A DNA stretch of 64,000 bases from an uncultured Actinomycetes bacterium (lineage in GTDB: Bacteria; Actinomycetota; UBA4738; HRBIN12): NCBI GenBank assembly GCA_963704725.1, contig OY969934.1, forward strand, positions 3,072,001 to 3,136,000, in the 5' to 3' direction. Of this stretch, positions 61,505-64,000 are shown one piece after another (position 1 is the stretch's first letter; each line of letters opens with the position of its first letter). The notes under the pieces were generated by a model. The model saw only the letters and a list, made by a program, of their open reading frames with translations. It did no database searches and had not been told where the DNA came from. The position numbers were made by a program, and so were the translations under genes.

Positions 61505-62620
61505 ATGGATTCGTCTCCTCGGACCGCCCGAAGCAAGCGAAGTTGGCGAGTCGTCCAGATCGGCATCTCGATCGTCCTCGTGGTCCTGATCTTCGTCATC
61601 GCGGTCCCGAAGCTCGCGAGCTACTCGTCGGTGTGGAGTGCGATCACGGACCTCACGCCGCTCGAGCTCGGCACCCTCGTCGCCGCGATGCTCTTCAACC
61701 TCCTCACGTACTGGTGGCAGAACATGGCCTCGATCCCCGGCCTCGGTCTGTGGCAGGCGGCGGTGTGCAATCAGACGACGACCTCGGTGGCCGACACGAT
61801 CCCCGGCGGCGGCTACATCGCCGTCGGGGTCGGGTACGCGATCTACCGCTCGTGGGGCTTCTCCAACGCGGCCATCGCGCTCTCGGTCGCGCTGACCGGA
61901 ATCTGGAACATCTTCTTGAAGCTCGGCCTGCCGCTGATCGCGCTGGCCGCGCTGGCGATCACGGGCAACGCCAACGGCGCGCTGGTCGCCGCCTCCCTCA
62001 TCGGGATGGCCGTGCTCGCCGGGGCGGTCGTTCTGTTCGCGCTCGTCCTGTGGAAGAAGGAGATGGCGCGCCGGATCGGCGCCGCGTTCGGCCGCGCCGC
62101 CTCGGCCGTCCGCCGGCTCGTCCGCAAGCCCCCCGTGGAGGACTGGGGAGAGGCCGCGGTGCGCTTCCGCCGGCAAACGATCGACCTCGTGGCCAAACGG
62201 TGGGTCGCGCTCACCGCGACGACGATCGTCAGCCACCTCGCCCTGTATGTCGTGCTCCTGTTGGCCCTCCGCCACGTCGGGGTCTCCGAGCAGGAGGTGA
62301 GCTGGGCACAGGTCCTCGGCGTCTACGCGTTCGGGCGGCTCCTCACCGCGGTCCCGCTCACCCCCGGAGGCCTCGGGTTCGTCGAGCTCTCGTACATCGG
62401 CGGGCTGATCCTGGCGGGACGCGCACACGCCGACGTTCCCTCGGACGTGTTCCACGCGCAGGTGGCGGCGGCCGTCCTCGTGTTCCGCGTCCTGACCTAC
62501 GCGATCCAGATCCCGCTCGGCGGCTTCACGTACCTGATCTGGCGCGCCAACACGAGCTGGCGCAGGGCCCTGGCGCAGGAGCCTGAGACTCCGGTCGCGG
62601 CACCCGTTCCCTCCTCCTGA
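61505..62620 (+). CDS. YbhN / lysylphosphatidylglycerol-synthase TM-domain (flippase-like) protein
   Basis: Multi-TM; IPGGG, PLTPGGLGFVE, VFRVLTY. Confidence 0.88.
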   Translation: MDSSPRTARSKRSWRVVQIGISIVLVVLIFVIAVPKLASYSSVWSAITDLTPLELGTLVAAMLFNLLTYWWQNMASIPGLGLWQAAVCNQTTTSVADTIPGGGYIAVGVGYAIYRSWGFSNAAIALSVALTGIWNIFLKLGLPLIALAALAITGNANGALVAASLIGMAVLAGAVVLFALVLWKKEMARRIGAAFGRAASAVRRLVRKPPVEDWGEAAVRFRRQTIDLVAKRWVALTATTIVSHLALYVVLLLALRHVGVSEQEVSWAQVLGVYAFGRLLTAVPLTPGGLGFVELSYIGGLILAGRAHADVPSDVFHAQVAAAVLVFRVLTYAIQIPLGGFTYLIWRANTSWRRALAQEPETPVAAPVPSS

Positions 62621-62622
62621 GG

Positions 62623-63216
62623 ATGGGAAGCGCCGCTCGGTACGTCGCCGGGCTCGCCGTGGGCGTCTCCGCGATGGCGGGTGCGGCCGCGCTCGCGGAC
62701 CACCGAGCCACGCCCGCAGAGACCAGGCTCTTCCGGCTGGCGAACGGCCTCCCCGAACGGGCCTACCGGGCGATCTGGGGCCCGATGCAGTACGGCACGT
62801 TCGGGACCGTGCCTGTTGCCGCGGCCGTGGCCCTCGCCCGGCGCCGGCCGCGCCTGGCCGTCGCCGTGGGGTCCGGCGGCACCGCGGCGTGGCTCCTGGC
62901 CAAGGCGGTGAAGCCCGTGGTGAACCGGGGTCGCCCGGACGCGCTCCTGACGGATGTCGTCCTGCGGGGGAGCGAGGAGGGCGATCAGGGATTCCCCTCG
63001 GGCCACGCCGCCGTCTCCGCGGCGCTCACCGTCGTCGCCTGGCCTTACCTGTCGAACGGATGGCGGGCCGTGGCGGCCGTCCTGTCGGGCTTCGTGCCCT
63101 TCGCGCGGATGTACGTCGGCGCGCATCTCCCGCTCGACCTCGTCGGCGGCTCCGCGCTGGGGGTCGCGATCGGTTCCGCCGTCAACCTGGCCGTCCCGCC
63201 GAACCGCCCTCGCTGA
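62623..63216 (+). CDS. PAP2 family phosphatase
   Basis: K..VNRGRP, FPSGH, RMYVGAHLPLD. Confidence 0.92.
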   Translation: MGSAARYVAGLAVGVSAMAGAAALADHRATPAETRLFRLANGLPERAYRAIWGPMQYGTFGTVPVAAAVALARRRPRLAVAVGSGGTAAWLLAKAVKPVVNRGRPDALLTDVVLRGSEEGDQGFPSGHAAVSAALTVVAWPYLSNGWRAVAAVLSGFVPFARMYVGAHLPLDLVGGSALGVAIGSAVNLAVPPNRPR

Positions 63217-63231
63217 TCCCCCCGGCGCGTC

Positions 63232-63999
63232 TCAGGCGCACGAGGCGCCGGCGCCGCACAGGCGCAGGTCCTCCTCACGCTCGACACGCTCGGCGAGCCC
63301 GGCCCTCGCGACGAACGACAGCCCGCCGCCGGGGTCGAAGGAGGGGATCTGCTCGATCCCTGCCGGCAGCGACGAGCGATAGGCGACACATCCACCATCG
63401 ATCCGGATGAACCGAACCGTGACGTCGTCACCTCTGGCCGGGCAGGTGCGCGTCAGCGTCACCTGCACCCTGGCCGACCCGCCGGTGGGGCCGAGCCGCA
63501 CGCCCAACGGCCCGCCACCCGTTTCACCGCCGGCGACGAGGAGGTCGATCGTCGCCCGCCCCCGAACGACGGACGAGACCGACAGGCTCCATCCCAAGGG
63601 GAGCGACCGGACGCACGGGATCCGCGTGGCCGTCGGCACCGCTTGCGCCATGAGGGTCATCGTGCGGCTCGAGCCGCAGACGGGGCTCTCGGTCTGCGGG
63701 CGGCCGGGGAAGAACAGCGACAGGCTGAAGCTGCCGGCCGCGACGACGACGAGCAGGGTCAGCACGATCAGCGACACGCGCCGGACGGACCACCGCTGGA
63801 TCCTCATCGGGGGCCGCGCGGGCGCGAGTGCCCGGAACTCCTCGAGGAGGTCGCGCCCGTCGCGCTTCATGAAGTTGCGGAGCTGCGTGGGGCTGGCGAC
63901 GCCGCGCGTGGCGGCGAACGCCTCGGAGAGCTCGTCGGGCGTGAAGTACCGCAAGGCCTTGGCGTACACCAGGTCGGCGTCCGACCGCAGCGCCAGCAC
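63232..63999 (-). CDS. C-terminal part of a membrane protein continuing beyond the window
   Basis: Open frame to the window edge; RIQRWSVRR, a TM segment and a Cys-containing extracellular domain. Confidence 0.7.
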   Translation of the reverse strand: MLALRSDADLVYAKALRYFTPDELSEAFAATRGVASPTQLRNFMKRDGRDLLEEFRALAPARPPMRIQRWSVRRVSLIVLTLLVVVAAGSFSLSLFFPGRPQTESPVCGSSRTMTLMAQAVPTATRIPCVRSLPLGWSLSVSSVVRGRATIDLLVAGGETGGGPLGVRLGPTGGSARVQVTLTRTCPARGDDVTVRFIRIDGGCVAYRSSLPAGIEQIPSFDPGGGLSFVARAGLAERVEREEDLRLCGAGASCA

Positions 64000-64000
64000 G

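Overview
GC-rich (roughly 70% by eye) bacterial DNA, most likely Actinomycetota given the leaderless TAnnnT promoters, a LexA-type box, RecA-NDp/PafBC-type promoters and a DUF222-HNH gene. Positions 1-26 kb are an accessory defence/toxin-antitoxin island. It holds a DUF262+HEPN pair, an IS3 scar, a three-gene MTase/MTase/helicase restriction-modification-like cluster and a 1.3-kb block of long homopolymers that is probably an artefact. It also holds a vWA gene present as three partial copies, an ATPase-DUF234, a large unknown protein paired with a PIN toxin, DUF429, an Mrr-like nuclease and five further TA modules, including a Phd-MntA fusion with HepT. Several island genes share a TGTCR-N11-TAnnnT promoter matching the actinobacterial DNA-damage RecA-NDp/PafBC motif, and several genes recur as internally collapsed relics. 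Positions 26-64 kb are mostly ordinary metabolic and signalling genes: HAD-GH65, USP, TetR, an Opp/Dpp-type ABC operon, two class III cyclases, bactofilin, NYN-LOTUS, MarR, an Asp-box protein, two paralogous kinases and PAP2/YbhN genes. Frameshifts are dense at 1.6-11 kb and rare afterwards, suggesting locally poor consensus. All calls come from reading motifs by eye; no searches were run.
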